Below, one piece after another: positions 45,313-45,374 of a stretch of DNA of 45,374 nt (within the stretch, counting starts at the first letter, position 1; each line of letters begins with the position of its first letter). The position numbers were made by a program, and so were the translations under genes. The DNA lies in IMG/VR virus record IMGVR_UViG_3300025112_000030, positions 1 through 45,374 of that record; one strand, given 5' to 3'. The notes beneath the pieces are model-generated. The model was not told the DNA's origin. It saw only the letters and a program-made list of their open reading frames with translations, and searched no databases. Source of the stretch: a virus (taxonomy: Duplodnaviria > Caudoviricetes).

Positions 45313-45374
45313 TTATGTTTTTGCTATTAAATATTCAATGTTTGTTGTATCGCTATCAGACTTGGCATACACAT
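45313..45374 (-). CDS. 3' end of a truncated structural gene (...VYAKSDSDTTNIEYLIAKT*)
   Basis: Frame open from the window edge to TAA at 45315-45313. Confidence 0.45.
   Translation of the reverse strand, partial: VYAKSDSDTTNIEYLIAKT

Noticed and set aside
1-45374. Window as a complete circular genome
   Set aside because: The truncated ORF at the left edge does not continue into the plausible coding frame at the right edge, and no terminal overlap is visible; sequence is probably missing.
1-45374. Alternative genetic code as in some crAss-like phages
   Set aside because: Long genes read through intact in the standard code, and TAA, TAG and TGA all serve as stops.

Overview
This is most of an AT-rich, podovirus-like tailed dsDNA phage genome. 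Both window ends cut through virion-structure genes, and the two ends do not join in frame, so some sequence is missing. There are three blocks. (1) 1-9341, minus strand: putative small terminase, large terminase, portal, scaffold, major capsid and head-tail proteins. (2) 9673-23568, plus strand: early/middle genes, including many small ORFs, a ParB-like protein, DUF932, ERF recombinase, an SSB-like protein, an AEP primase-helicase fusion, a Holliday junction resolvase and a probable histone-fold protein; no DNA polymerase or integrase is recognisable. (3) 23621-45374, minus strand: tail fibres, lysis cassette, metallophosphoesterase, nozzle, ejection proteins and a 2688-aa protein with the catalytic motifs of a two-barrel (crAss-like) RNA polymerase, probably packaged in the virion. 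The most notable unexplained signal is in the non-coding DNA. A motif TCCTCTATTT followed by a small hairpin recurs at the start of each early unit and is a candidate promoter for the virion RNAP. Several copies precede strongly base-paired non-coding domains rather than genes, and six structured RNA-like units that are not tRNAs lie in tandem at 16320-16826. All assignments come from reading motifs and pairing bases by eye; no database search or folding program was run.
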